A stretch of 64,000 nucleotides of DNA from Selaginella moellendorffii (lineage: Eukaryota; Plantae; Lycopodiophyta). The notes under the pieces were generated by a model. That model searched no databases and was not told the DNA's origin. It saw nothing but the letters and a program-made list of their open reading frames with translations. Numbering within the stretch: the first letter of the stretch is position 1; every line of letters starts with the position of its first letter. The stretch covers positions 3,418,559 through 3,482,558 of the forward strand of contig NW_003314268.1 in the NCBI RefSeq assembly GCF_000143415.4. The letters are read 5' to 3'. Of the stretch, positions 1-12,346 are shown one piece after another. Position numbers and translations under genes: made by a program.

Positions 1-759
1 ACGGTCCTTTCAAGTGTACAGATACAATCCCCAAGATGGCAAATCACCCCACCTCCAAGAGTACAAGGTTGACACCAGCAACTGCGTTATGATGCTTGAT
101 GTTTTGTTTGAGATCAAGAACAAGCATGATTCGAGTATCACGTTTAGGCGTTCTTGTCGCGAAGGTGTATGTGGCTCTTGCGCCATGAACATCAATGGTA
201 AGAACTGCCTGGCATGCTTAACAAAAGTTGACAGGGATGAGGATGGTATTGCTTCTACTGTGGTGTTGCCTCTGCCACATATGTTTGTGATTAAGGACCT
301 GGTGGTGGACATGACTTATTTTTATCAGCAATACAAGAGCATTGAGCCATGGTTGAAGACCAAAAAGCAAAAAGAAGATGGCCAAAAAGAGTTCTTGCAA
401 ACCAAAGAGGAGAGAGCAAAACTGGACGGGATGTGGGAGTGTATCCTATGTGCTTGTTGTAATACTTCTTGCCCTAGCTACTGGTGGAACACACCTACAT
501 TCCCTGGTCCAGCAATTCTGCTCCAAGCATATAAGTAAGTACCATTCCATTCTTTTTCCTAGTAAAATTTTCCAAATGTTTACTGTTTATTAGAATGATT
601 GCTGATAGCCGCGATGACTTTACCAAAGAGCGTGTGGAGGCCCTCCGTGGAGAGATGAAGATTGGAAGATGCCACACTATTCGCAATTGCTCTAATGCTT
701 GTCCAAAGGGACTGAATCCCGCTGAAAAGATCCTACAGATCAAAGGGATGCTTGGGTAA
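1..759 (+). CDS. SDH2: Succinate dehydrogenase iron-sulfur subunit, copy 1 (5' end outside window; intron 535-593)
   Basis: [36 protein letters not shown]; exon 2 after a GT..AG intron gives IADSRDD...[21 protein letters not shown], stop TAA at 757-759. Confidence 0.96.
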
Positions 760-1201
760 AGAGTTCATAAATTTAAATAAACATCACAAGCTCATGTCGT
801 TTTTAAATACTCTTGACAAAACAACACCGGTAGATTAGAATAAAGAGCAAATGGACGGCTTGGATGGAAACTCGTCAGACATGCCTTCTTTTTTCTTTTG
901 CACGGGATTTAAATGGTAAGATCGATCTCGAAATATTTGTCAGAGAACATTATCTGTGACAGTGGATCGAGGACGACGGTGTTTGGAAGCCAGCTCGTTT
1001 AGAAGATCTCGATGTCGAAGAGTCAAGGTTTGGCTATTAACCATCTCAAGCCTGTATTCTCACAAGCTTTCATGGTTGACGCGACCGACGAGAACTCGCA
1101 GCTCGAGGAGGAGACTTCAAAAGCCAGGCCTGCCGCTTTACTTTTACTCTTATGGTTTCTTTCTTTCCAGAGACAAGCGAATTACATCGAGCGATCGTGA
1201 A

Positions 1202-2103
1202 TTAGTACTTGAAAACAACCTCGTTCTTCTCCAATTTTATGAACGAGAACTTGAGGCTGGTCCGGCCAAGCTCGTGGCTCTTCTGGATTCCTTCCCGGCA
1301 CAGTGTAAGTGCATCCTCGAACTCGGAGTTCTCGATGTTTCGGCTCGAGTTCTCCTCGTTGAGCCAGTCCAGGATGGTACTGCCAGCGGATCCCGCTGCT
1401 CCAGCTTTAACTCGCATAATTCCCAGCCCCGTTTCTGCGAACTTGCCGATGATGAAGCGCTCCTTGGCGTCCACAACGAAGATGTTGAAGTCGTCCTCCA
1501 TATCCAGAAGGTCCAGGTAAACCACCAACGCTCGTGCTACGGCCGCAGCAGTGCTCAGGTGGTGGAAATCTCGAACCAAGAAGGACGAAGCGCGGTCTTT
1601 CACCTGGATCGAGAAACATTGCAAGCATTTTTTGTAATTTGATGAGCAGTGTCCTTACCTGGAGCGAGCCGGCAAACGCAAGCCACACGCGCTCGTTCAC
1701 GTTCCAAATCTTACAGTGATCGTCCTTGATGAGACACTGCTCGGACTGGAAGAAGAGAGATCCATCGGCAGCCAGCAGCGTACCATGCTTATACGTAAGG
1801 CATATGAGCACAGTATTGCTAAAGCACTCCTGAAACCAGTTAAAGAAAAGAGCTTCTCGATCGATAGTCTATAGGAAGCTTACCTGTGCAGCTAGCTTCA
1901 CGAACGCTTCTCCATTCTCGTTCACGCGGTCGTAGCTCCTGGCCGAGAAGAAATTGAAAAGGATAAAAGACGAATCCCAATTGAGAAGTTATCTACCTGG
2001 AACCGTCGGGAGTCTTAGCGCTCTCCCTGGCCGGCCCCCGCTCCGCCCCGTCGTCGGTCGTGTTCTCCTCCGCGATCTCTTCTCCATTGATCTTGTCCTG
2101 CAT
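1202..2103 (-). CDS. Highly divergent proteasome beta-subunit-like (Ntn-hydrolase fold) protein, 4 exons, apparently intact copy
   Basis: Spliced translation contains NTVLICLTYKHGTLLAADGS...KIWNVNERVWLAFAGS...AAGSAG...FEDALTLCREGI, matching the beta-subunit motif pattern; three canonical GT-AG introns. Confidence 0.65.
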
Positions 2104-2835
2104 TGGCGTGAAAGAACTGCTAGCTCTCGAAACGATCAGAATTGCGGAAAAAGAATCGAGATGAAAGCATTGTACCTCACGAGCTTGTTCTTGTCGGCGC
2201 TGCTACCACTGCCGGAAAAACTTCGAAATGGAAAGCTCCAGACAGCGCCGATCTCTGGCGCGTCGTGCTTGTCTATCCCCTGGGAAGCTAGGATCGCGCT
2301 CCTGGTCGATCGGAAAGCTTTGCCGGCTGAAGGAAGCACTCCCTGGATGCAAACTCCTGCACCACGGCCATGCCTGGAAAAGAATTGGAAACAAGAATCA
2401 GCATGAAAGATCCATACCCCGTGACGATCTTCTTCGCAGCTCGCAGCATCGAATTCATCCAAGAAGAAGAAAGAAGTAGAAATAAAAAACGAAAACGCTA
2501 TACCAAGATCCCTTTTCCCCTGCCTTCTACCATAGGCATCACGATACATTTCACGATCAGTGCAGGTTGATCATCATCAGATTATGTCAGATACCCAGAG
2601 AAGTGATACGGTGGCGGTTTGTAGTATTTCTACTATACGTATGTATACCACATGACGGTAAGCTAAGCGTTGACTTTGACACGCTTTTCCTTAATCGTAA
2701 TGCTTATAGCTGACGAACCGTTCCTCTGAAAATTTCTCAGCAGTCTGGTTACATGGTGTTATTTTTGAAAGCCTGGACAAGCTTTTTCTCTTTGTAATCA
2801 GCACTAAACAATTCTCTCAGTTGGAATCCTGGAAG

Positions 2836-3200
2836 TTACACTAGGAACTCCTTCACCTTGTCAGCCAAGCTATGGTCGTAAAGGTACAAGACTTTCATTC
2901 TCGCGGTGCTCTGCATTTCCTGTAAGAAATAAGTTAAAAGTCTGTGCGTCTTGATCGAAAGTACGTGCTGCGAGCACCACTGGCGGCCATTGCCTGAAAG
3001 AAAATCAAGGGTGAGAACAAACAAAAGAAGCATTTTACTTGAGAACTGTTGATCAAAAGGAACTCTTAAGCTCTTTCTACAACTCACTCCAGTACGGTTG
3101 CTATTGAGCACGGAATCCAGCGTGGGGACGCTTACGTACTCCTCCACGTCGAAGAAGAAGGTCCAGTTGGTGGCATGCTTGTAGCAAAACAAGCAATCCC
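2836..3200 (-). pseudogene. Glycosyltransferase family 92 (GALS-like) fragment
   Basis: DCLFCYKHATNWTFFFDVEEYVSVP resembles GALS DCLHRY...WMFFFDVDE; ends in LADKVKEF; truncated. Confidence 0.6.
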
Positions 3201-3739
3201 TATTGCTTTTGGGAAAAGGGAAGAGAGAGAAATCCTTGAAGCTGGGAAGGAAGGCAAAGGATGAGCCTCCCGGCATACAAGAGCACACTCACACAAACAC
3301 TAGTGTCTCGATAGCAGTGAGTTGCCATGCTCGCTTGTGTGTGTTGTGGTCGGAGGCCACGAGACTACTATAACCAGTTATATTGACACCCCTCAAAATT
3401 CTAAACAGATTCCTTTTTCAACAGGAGTTGGCCATCGGCATCATCCCCATGACGAATGTGCCACTCTCCGGAGCACCTATATTCTTCTTCTTCTTCACAA
3501 AGAATAGGAGTAACTCAATTTTCTCCTTTTTGGCACTTCCTCTCTCCCCACTATCCATGTTCATGTCTTCCCCCTGGAATTCCCTCAAATTCCATTTGAT
3601 TTCAGATGTGTATGAAGGCATCGGTCTCAGAAGTCCAAGCACATTTGTTTGGTATTCTATTCACACGATTAGAAGCGCTGGAATTATCATTCTCAAGCAT
3701 TGGCTGGCAGACATGGAAAAGGAGCTGTCTGCCTTCGCA

Positions 3740-4473
3740 TCCGCAGAAGTCTGCCAAACCTGGACGATATGGATGTAGCCACTATCCTGCCTTTCTTGTG
3801 TTCTTATTGTGGTGCTTTTCTTGATTTTTTTGACCTGGAGAACTTCACTCCTAACGAAAGGGAATCACGAAGACTATATGGTGAGGGAGAAGATTCAAAG
3901 CCAAAAGTCCAAGAAGTTCAAATCAAGCAAGCTCTTAGAGAACTTGATGAGTAGAGCAAGATATTCCATTGATTTGATTACTCTACTTTTAGTTTAATGT
4001 TTGAAAGACATGCTTTGATTTATTTTACAATGCATTGAGGCATGAACCATTTAACTTTTATTTTGTCATCAGAAATTGAATACTAATTTTATGTGCTAGT
4101 AATCATTTCTATATTTTTGTCAAGAACATTTAAAAAGTTCTTGATACTTATTGCTCTTAGTTTTTCATTTAAAATAGTTTAACTTTTATAGTGCACTCTC
4201 TCTGAATTCACATGAAAGTTTCACTACATTAATGTTTGAGAATCCTTCTTAAAAACTAGTGCTTGCTCTACTCATCAAGTTCTCTAAGAGCTTGCTTGAT
4301 TTGAACTTCTTGGACTTTTGGCTTTGAATCTTCTCCCTCACCATATAGTCTTCGTGATTCCCTTTCGTTAGGAGTGAAGTTCTCCAGGTCAAAAACATCA
4401 CAATAAGAACACAAGAAAGGCAGGATAGTGGCTACATCCATATCGTCCAGGTTTGGCAAACTTCTGCGGATGC
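3740..4473. repeat. Local inverted repeat (~215-bp arms, ~300-bp AT-rich loop)
   Basis: 3740-3960 is the reverse complement of 4262-4473 apart from a short indel and a few substitutions; mirrored at ~20943-21680. Confidence 0.93.
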
Positions 4474-5793
4474 AAAGGTCTGAATCTCTAATAATATCTA
4501 TAATGGATTATTAAGCTAAGATGGACCATTGCCAAAGTCTCAACCACTAAAACAAAGAGGAAAACCTTAAGGGAGGCCGAAAAGATCTATAAAACCTGTA
4601 AAGCTAAACATATCAAATTAGTTAATTAGTTGCTTACATGAATTTGATCCTACGAACTCAAAAGAGAAAAGATAATTAAAGAGAACAAAAGTCACTTAGA
4701 ACAGGTAGGAATTCAAACTCCTGTGGCAAGTTAGTAATGGCTCCTTTTGTTATTTTAGACTCTAAGTTGATGAGTCTATCTAGCTATTGTAAATTATAAT
4801 TTGAATCTTATATTTTATGAACATATTTTTTTTCTAAACACAAGCTATATATTGAAAATATAGTTTACAATTATAGTTCTAATTTAGAAAATGGGTTAGA
4901 AAATGAATAAGTAGCTCTTGATGCATTAGCTCATAACCATTGGGGATAAAACCAGTTTTAATTGAATATTTTAATATAAAAAACAGATTCACAAAATCAA
5001 ACACGATTAAGAAAGAAACATAAATATAAATACTAAATAACTATTTATAGAGTTTAGGCTTTTATGTTTTTCTTAATTAAGTTAAAAGGAATTTAAGTTT
5101 TTGTCAGTTCTAATAATAAGCATCTAAATCTCAACATTCTTCCATTTTTTAGTTTTTAGGAAGGATTCTTAGATATTATTGCAGTGAAACTTCTGTATTG
5201 AATTCATCATAGTTTTAATTTAAATTTTGTATATAGGTTTTCTGTGGGAACTAAACCTTAAGCTTGCATTCACAATCCAATCTATATGATAAAGGAATAC
5301 TTGAATTGGGCTAGCATATTTACCACTCATAACAAACTCAAAGAAGGTTTCTTTTTATCTAAAGTAACATAGTAACAACTTATGATAACCACATATAGAT
5401 AATATTAACTACAGAGAGCTAATATATTATAAAATTAATTGTGTGAGGTGCAAGTATACAACTATGATACTGTATATTAATATTAGTATAGTGGGATTTT
5501 GATAGCCATCGGATTGGTTTCAATCTGGACCACTCGCTCCTGTATATAAGCTATAGTTTTTGGGCTAATTGATATACACATTTTTTAATTCCATTTCTAT
5601 ATTTTATATACTTATATTGGTGGAGATGATGGGTAGTTTGGCTTTGATTATCCTTGAGGAGTGTTTAGATTTGGGATTTTGGTTTATATTTAGCTTTTGC
5701 ATCATTTAGATCTCACTTCCTTATAGCTTTTTTAATTTCTTTTTTTTCTTTTTTTCTTTTTCCTTTTCATTCATCTTTATAGTAGAGCAGCAC

Positions 5794-7104
5794 CTTGGAA
5801 GAGTCTCACTCACAGCTTCTATAAGTTTTATTTTGGACTTAAGGACTTGCTAACCCCAAGAATGACATCCATGCCACTCAACCATTGCATTTGGTCCAAG
5901 TGCTCCACGTGTTTGATCCCATGACCGAGAGGTACCACTGACATACCAACCCATTACCTTAAGGCCATGCCCATTCATCTTGGTCACTCCGATGGTCCAA
6001 CACCACTTACATCATAGTCTTGTCTCTCAAAGATTGGGCCATTTGTCCATGAGTCACCATCCTAGGTCCACTCTTTAGCATCTTTAAAATGCTTGCAGAC
6101 ATGGGGGAATAGCCTTTCCCAATATCCCTTTTACAGTTCCCACTAAATCCCTTTCTCTCCATAGTTGTGTTTGCCAACATTGCCATTAGAATAAGGCCTA
6201 TAGGCCTAACCACTAAGTCCCACCTCATAGGTACTCTCCCCACCTTCCACCTTTGAGTGCTCTAGCCATGGGCTTAGAGCGAGGTTCTATTGAGCCATAC
6301 TATGTATCCAAGTAGATAGTGCCACCCACACTTGGATTGGGAGCATCGGCCATTCGAGCTTTTGAGGGAACTAGAGTTGGCTCTTGAACATTTCACCAAG
6401 CTACCTTGCTTGTTGGTCTATATTAACTCTAGCCTTGGACTTCCTAGTGGTTATCCCATCACCCAACATCTGGGTCTAGCCTTCTTGGGCTAAACTGGCC
6501 TTTCTTGGCCAAACTAGCTCCACTGAAGTCTTCCCCCTACTATACTTTTGGAGCTCACCAAACCCCCTAGGGTCTGGGAGACGAACACTTTGGGCTTTCA
6601 CCCTCAAACTCGGACTTGGCCTTGGCCTCGGTTTCGGGGTCTCGATCTCGGTCCTAGTCCCGGTTTTGGTCTCGGTCTCAATTTTGGGCTCGACGTCAGA
6701 CTCCATCTCGGGTCCTTCTTAGACTCCATCTCGAACTCCATCTCGGTCCATCTCGGTCCATCTCAGGCTCCATCTCGGACTCCATCTCGGGTCCATCTCA
6801 GACTCCATCTCGGACTCCATCTCGGGTCCATCTCAAACTCCATCTCGGACTCCATCTCGGGTCCATCTCAGATTCCACCATGTGTCATGTGTTGGTCCTC
6901 TTGTGTCTCTTTTCTAGAGACTCTCTTATTGCTTGCTTTATGCTCGTTCCTTGAGCACTCCGTTGGGAGTTCCACTCCCGCTCTTGACCTTTCAAATCGG
7001 AGCTTTTAGTCCAAACGTGTTACGCTTGTTTGGCTTTTGCTTCGGCCATTACCACATGGTACCCTTTCAGCTCTACTTTGGGGCTTAGGGATTTGTGTCT
7101 CACA
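5794..7104 (-). mobile_element. LTR copy A (1.5-kb family), truncated at the inverted-duplication junction; probable 3' LTR
   Basis: Homologous to 14874-16408; terminus TGTGAGACAC (reverse strand) at 7104 preceded by purine-rich aggtgatggag; GGACTCCATCTC-type tandem array at ~6700-6870. Confidence 0.85.
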
Positions 7105-7562
7105 ACTCCATCACCTATAGATAAAGTTTGATGTCCTCATCGAACAGTAAACCCTTTTATAAAGTAACATTAACATGTATTACCCTTTCCATCCTTGGCA
7201 CCCAACTAATATTCATCAATGGTTTGACACTGAAGGCTCATCAATGGTTTTCTCCCTCTTATTGATTTACTTCTTGCTAAATCCATTAGAGACACTTTCT
7301 CTATCTCAATCTCACTACCATTCTCAAGTAATCTCAACTTCAATTGATAACCATTCCACTTTGGAACTTTTAATCTTGACTTTTTGAAGTCAATTTCCTA
7401 GGTGTCTTTGACACCTTTCCTTGCACATATAATGCAAATTCCACTTCCCCATTCTAGGAAGTTCTCTACTACTATCATCCTCTTTTCTATTTTATGCCAC
7501 TTCTGGCACTAAGTTACTATCATCCTCTTTTCTATTTCATGCCACTTCTGGCACTAAGTTAT

Positions 7563-7757
7563 TGTAAGCTCCTAAGTTTGGACTTCCCAGGAGGTCACCC
7601 AACCCAGTACTATTCAAACCCAAGGACACTTAACCCTAAATATCCCAAGACCCTTAACCAATTGGAAAAAGGGGTGCACTCTTGTTCATGGGCCCTTTCC
7701 CTCTATATTTGAATCTCTATGGATCGTCTTTCAAGTCGTTCCCTTTGGTTGCTTATA
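7563..7757 (-). mobile_element. Solo Cassandra-type TRIM LTR containing a 5S rRNA-derived segment
   Basis: TGTAAGC...GCTTATA ends, perfect 5-bp TSD GTTAT; ggacttcccaggaggtcacccaacccagtactattcaaacccaaggacacttaac is antisense to the plant 5S A-box/C-box region. Confidence 0.88.
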
Positions 7758-8458
7758 GTTATCATAAGTTGTGCTAGGGCTGTTCATAACCCTATCATTT
7801 AGTTACTTTGCCGCTCCCTCCCTTGGAACTTTCACCTTTGCCAAATTGAAGTATTTGGGAATCCATCTTTGGAATCACACTCCCTTTCCCAATATCCATT
7901 AGCATCTAATACATTAGTGTTCCTTGCCTAATATTGCCATTTGGATTTCTTTTAACGAATTTCATGGCCCACACTTGGCCACTAATCTTTTGCTCCTATC
8001 CTTTGATGGTTGCACTAAGCAACATAGGATCACTACCTCCATTCTCAAAGTATCATTTTAGTTCCATGGCAAAGGCTCTATTTTGCCAAGTCCATAAGGT
8101 GCTCACCTTTAGTAGTTCTTTTTAGCATTTTCTGCTATGGGTTCCATCGACGGCCCAACTTTTCGACCCTCCCATGGGTCTTTCATAGAAATTACTTTCT
8201 TGGACTCATTATACCATCCTATTGACACACTGATTTCCATTTTGGTGTCCTTCCCTCTTGATCACCTTAACCAAGTCATGCCATTATTAACAGTTCAAAT
8301 CAACACTTTGAACTAGGGACTTTCTTCCTTAACCTCACAAGGACCCCATCTTTGCTTAGCCATGAAATCACATAGTGATCTAATCTTGACACCTTAACAG
8401 ATTTGCCAATAAGTACTAGGTCCTCTAGACCCTTTTAAATTGTTTACTATGACCTTGG

Positions 8459-8746
8459 ATGCTTTATTTCGTTAAAGTGGGACTTTTCATTATCCCACTT
8501 ATGGTGTGTGGCCACATGCCATTTTTATAACAACAATAAAAAATTGAAGTTTTAACTTTATAATTTATAAATTAAAAACTTTTCATATGATTTTGTGTTA
8601 TAATATTGTGAAATATAAAAAAATAAATTAAAAAACTGATAGAAATATTAATAAATATTAATTAAGTACTAGGAAATGGCATGTGGACACATGCTAATTA
8701 ATGTCCCACTTTACTGAATAAGTCCCACTTTAACGAAATAAAGCAT
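8459..8746. mobile_element. MITE (~290 bp)
   Basis: Perfect 27-bp TIR atgctttatttcgttaaagtgggactt (8459-8485 / 8720-8746), subterminal inverted ccacatgccattt motif, AT-rich core. Confidence 0.8.
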
Positions 8747-10928
8747 TTGGGGGCATCCCCCACACTTGGCGGTGTGCCCAAGCTAACTCTTCCGGCAATA
8801 GTGTGGAGACATCGAATGTGCCAAGGCGTGACGCTTTAAGAGCAAGTCAGCAAGTTCATGAAACCCCTTCCCAAAGGAATACTAATGGAAATGGGAATGG
8901 CATAGCTTAAGCTGGAAGCATGTGGTCAAAAGTGTGGTGACTCAAGTAATGATGGAGGTGTGGAAGCACCAATAATGAGTTGTAGGACTTGACAACTATG
9001 AGACAAATAAACAAAAGGTGCAAAATAACTACCCAAGACTTCTAGGATAAGGAAGTTAGATATATCTTTATAGGGAATAAATTGCTTATGTTGTGATATA
9101 ATAAGTCAATGTCATAAAGGGAATGCTCATTGTCAAAGAAGGCCATCATTGGGACACCCAAACACTTTAAAACACCAAGAAGTGGTGTTTGGTGTCATGA
9201 GGGTATTAAATAAGGCCCAAGGGACTAAATCTTTAGCAAATGATGGATAGAAAGTGCTATCTAAACATCCAAGGTTGCAGAGATGGGAGAAGTCTGTCTA
9301 CCCAAATTGGACAAAGCCAAAAAAGATTTTAGCAAGGCTAGTGATGGGCATATAAAGGCCCATAAATAGCAAAGTTAATCCTGATGTGTGGGATTACAAA
9401 GTAAGCATACCTGGATTGAAAAACCACTCCCTAGGCTATCAGGTAAGTTCATCTTTAAGAATACTTGCTAAAGCATGGTAAAAAGTGCAAAGCTATCCTC
9501 CTAGTTTAGAGGAGAATAACCGAAAGAAACATATGAAGCCAAAAGCAAATAGTAAAGGGATAGAATTAAACCATATTAATCGAAGGGCATAACCAAGAGT
9601 GGTTATGTAAGTTGGAAGTGGAGAATTATAAGGGTGCTCGAGTGTGTTGCTACTAGTAACCGTGATGCCATAGAAAGTCTAAAATATAGAATTATCCATG
9701 TTAGATTATATGACAATTAGAAAGCTTGCGAAAGGAGAGGCCTTAGCAAGCTAAGGGATAAAGTTCCTTCAATATTCCCAAAGACAATTCTAAGTAGTTT
9801 AATACCTAGAAAACCAAGTGTAAATAGTTTATAGAGCACCAAAGACGTGGTGAATGAGATGGAGACACCCAATCTCAGTTGCTATGGACCCTTGGGCTCC
9901 ACGAGCCTACCTTTATGATACTTCTCACTTGTGTCTAGGTCTTTGCCAAGTTCAATATAATTCTTTCTCATGCTAACTATCCGTTAGCACTACACTATAG
10001 AGTTTACACACAACTTTATGTCAGAGTTGTTTTCTTCTAGGAACACTTTTCCCACGACTTTAGTATGGCATATTCTACCATCAATGAGATACTCATCGTT
10101 CTCATACTTGGATTTTATGATCCTCCCCATCCTTCGTGGGGCATAACACACCTCAGTCCAAATGCTTTTACTAATCCTTTCTTGACTCTACTTGAGTTAT
10201 CTAGCATTTTTGGACTTTGCTAATTTAATGACCCATAAGGTCTTATTTTTGAGGTGCCAGCTTGCTAGAATACAACTTCATGTATTCATATCCTACTCAT
10301 AAAGACCATCTTTGCAAGTGTTACTCCAACACTTGATTATTTTCTATTTTCTATGGGCTACCTTTGCCCCTTAGGATTATTCGTCCCTATAATGAGAATA
10401 CCAACTCATCCTCTAAATACACCCCCAACTCCTTAGGTTTGTTCTAGCATTTACAAAAGGTAGCCCCGGCTACCATTTCAAGGACTCGTGTTCTTATCCA
10501 TATTTGACTTTTTATAGTCATTAATTCTGGTCTCAAATTCATGAGCACCAGCCTCAACTATATGAGGATAATCTTATGACTCCTTTATTGTTTTGGAGTC
10601 CCTATCTTTCCCGTGATCCCAACTATATGTTTATCACAACTACATTAGCTAGTTTGTTAAGTTAAACACTCATCTGGATCACATCCTCAACTCTCTAAGG
10701 AAAACCTTTTATTGTTCCCAAGATCCCAAAGTCGTTCCATTATTGGCCCTTTTCTATCCACCACCTCATCTCCAAGTTCATATATGAACTATAGTGGAGA
10801 GTTATGTCTTCCTGACTTGCTACTTCCCAAGGATAGGCCCACTCCTAGGACCTTCTGATACTAACACCAGTGGTGATATACTTGAGCACCAATAAAAGTC
10901 AGACTAAGGAACAACTTTGATACTAAAT

Positions 10929-12346
10929 TTTAAGCGACTAAATTTTCCATTCTACTTTAGTCACTTAACCACACTTTCGACCACTTGGAAGAGTCTCACT
11001 CACAACCTCCGTAAATCCTATTCTGGACTTAGGGATTTACTAGCCCCAAGAATGGCATCCATGCCACTCAACCATTGCACTTGGTCCAAGTGCTCTAGGT
11101 GTCCGATCCCATGACTGACACCACAAGGTACCACTGACATACCAGCCCGTTACCCTAAAGCCATGCCTATTCACCTTGGTCACACTGGTGGTCCAACACC
11201 ACCTACATCATAATCCCATCTCTTAAAGATTGGGCCATCTGTCCATGAATCACCATCCTAGGTCCACTCCTTAGCATCCTTAAGATGCTTGTAGACATAG
11301 GGAATAGTCTTTCCTAATATCCCTTTTACAGTCCCTACTAAGTCCCTTTTTTGTCTATGGTCGTGTTCGCCAACACTACCATTGATACAAAGCCCACAGG
11401 CTCGACCACTAAGTCCCACTGTCCTCTAGGACTTCCTCACCACATGACTGTATCATTAATCACTACACCATAGGACCACTTTTCTTCTTTTCCATATTCT
11501 GGGACTTTGGGACAACATTTTGGAACACTGTGGCCCTACATGAGCCTCATGGGTACTCTCCCCACCTTCCACTTTTGGGTGCTTTAGCCATGGGTTTAGA
11601 GCGAGGTTCTATTGAGCCACGCCAGGTATCCAAGTAGGTAGTGCCACCCACACTTGGACTGGGATCATCAGCCATTCGATCTCCCGGGGGAACTAGAGCT
11701 GGCTCTTGAACACTTCACCAAGCTACCTTGCTTGTCGGTTCATATTAACTCTAGCCTTGGACTTCCCAATGGTTATCCTATCACCCAACACCTGGGTGCA
11801 GCCTTCTTGGGCCAAACTGGCTCCACTAAAGTCCTTCCCCTACTATACTTTTCAAGCTCACCAAACCCCCTAGGGTCTGGGAGACGGGCTTTCACCCTCG
11901 AACTCGGACTCCACTTTGGCCTCGGTCTCGGTCTTGGTCTCAATCTTGGTCCTAGTCCTGGTCTCAGTCTCAGTCTCAGTCTTGGTCTCGACGTTAGACT
12001 TCATCTTGGGTCCATCTCAGACTCCATCTCGGACTCCATCTCGGGTCCATCTCGGACTCCATCTTGGGTCCATCTTGGACTCCATCTCAGACTCCATCTT
12101 GGGTCCATCTTGGACTTCACCATGTGTCATGTGTTGGTCCTTTTATGTCCCTTTTCTAGAGACTCTCTTATTGCTCGCTTTATACTTGTTCCTTGAGCAC
12201 TTCGTTGGGAGTTCCACTCCCGCTCTCGACCTTTCAAGTTAGAGCTTTTAGTCCAAACGTGTTACGCTTGTTTGGTTTTCACTTCAGCCACTACCACGTG
12301 GCACCCTTTCGGCTCCACTTTGAGGCTTAGGGATTTGTGTCTCATA
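10929..12346 (-). mobile_element. LTR copy B (probable 5' LTR)
   Basis: Full-length homologue of 14874-16408 with mutated termini; adjacent PBS-like sequence. Confidence 0.87.

Larger units (their letters stand above)
1..5796. repeat. Left arm of large inverted duplication (probably extends beyond window start)
   Basis: Reverse complement of ~19612-25413; mirrored ORF pairs throughout (e.g. 2836-3288/22130-22582); similarity ends at agtagagcagcacctt (5781-5796) vs aaggtgctgctctac (19611). Confidence 0.97.
7105..10928 (-). mobile_element. Putative degenerate internal region between LTRs B and A (no recognisable gag/pol), with nested insertions
   Basis: Degenerate tRNA-iMet PBS (tagtatcaaagtt, reverse strand of ~10913-10925) next to LTR B; bounded by two same-orientation LTRs. 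Confidence 0.5.
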
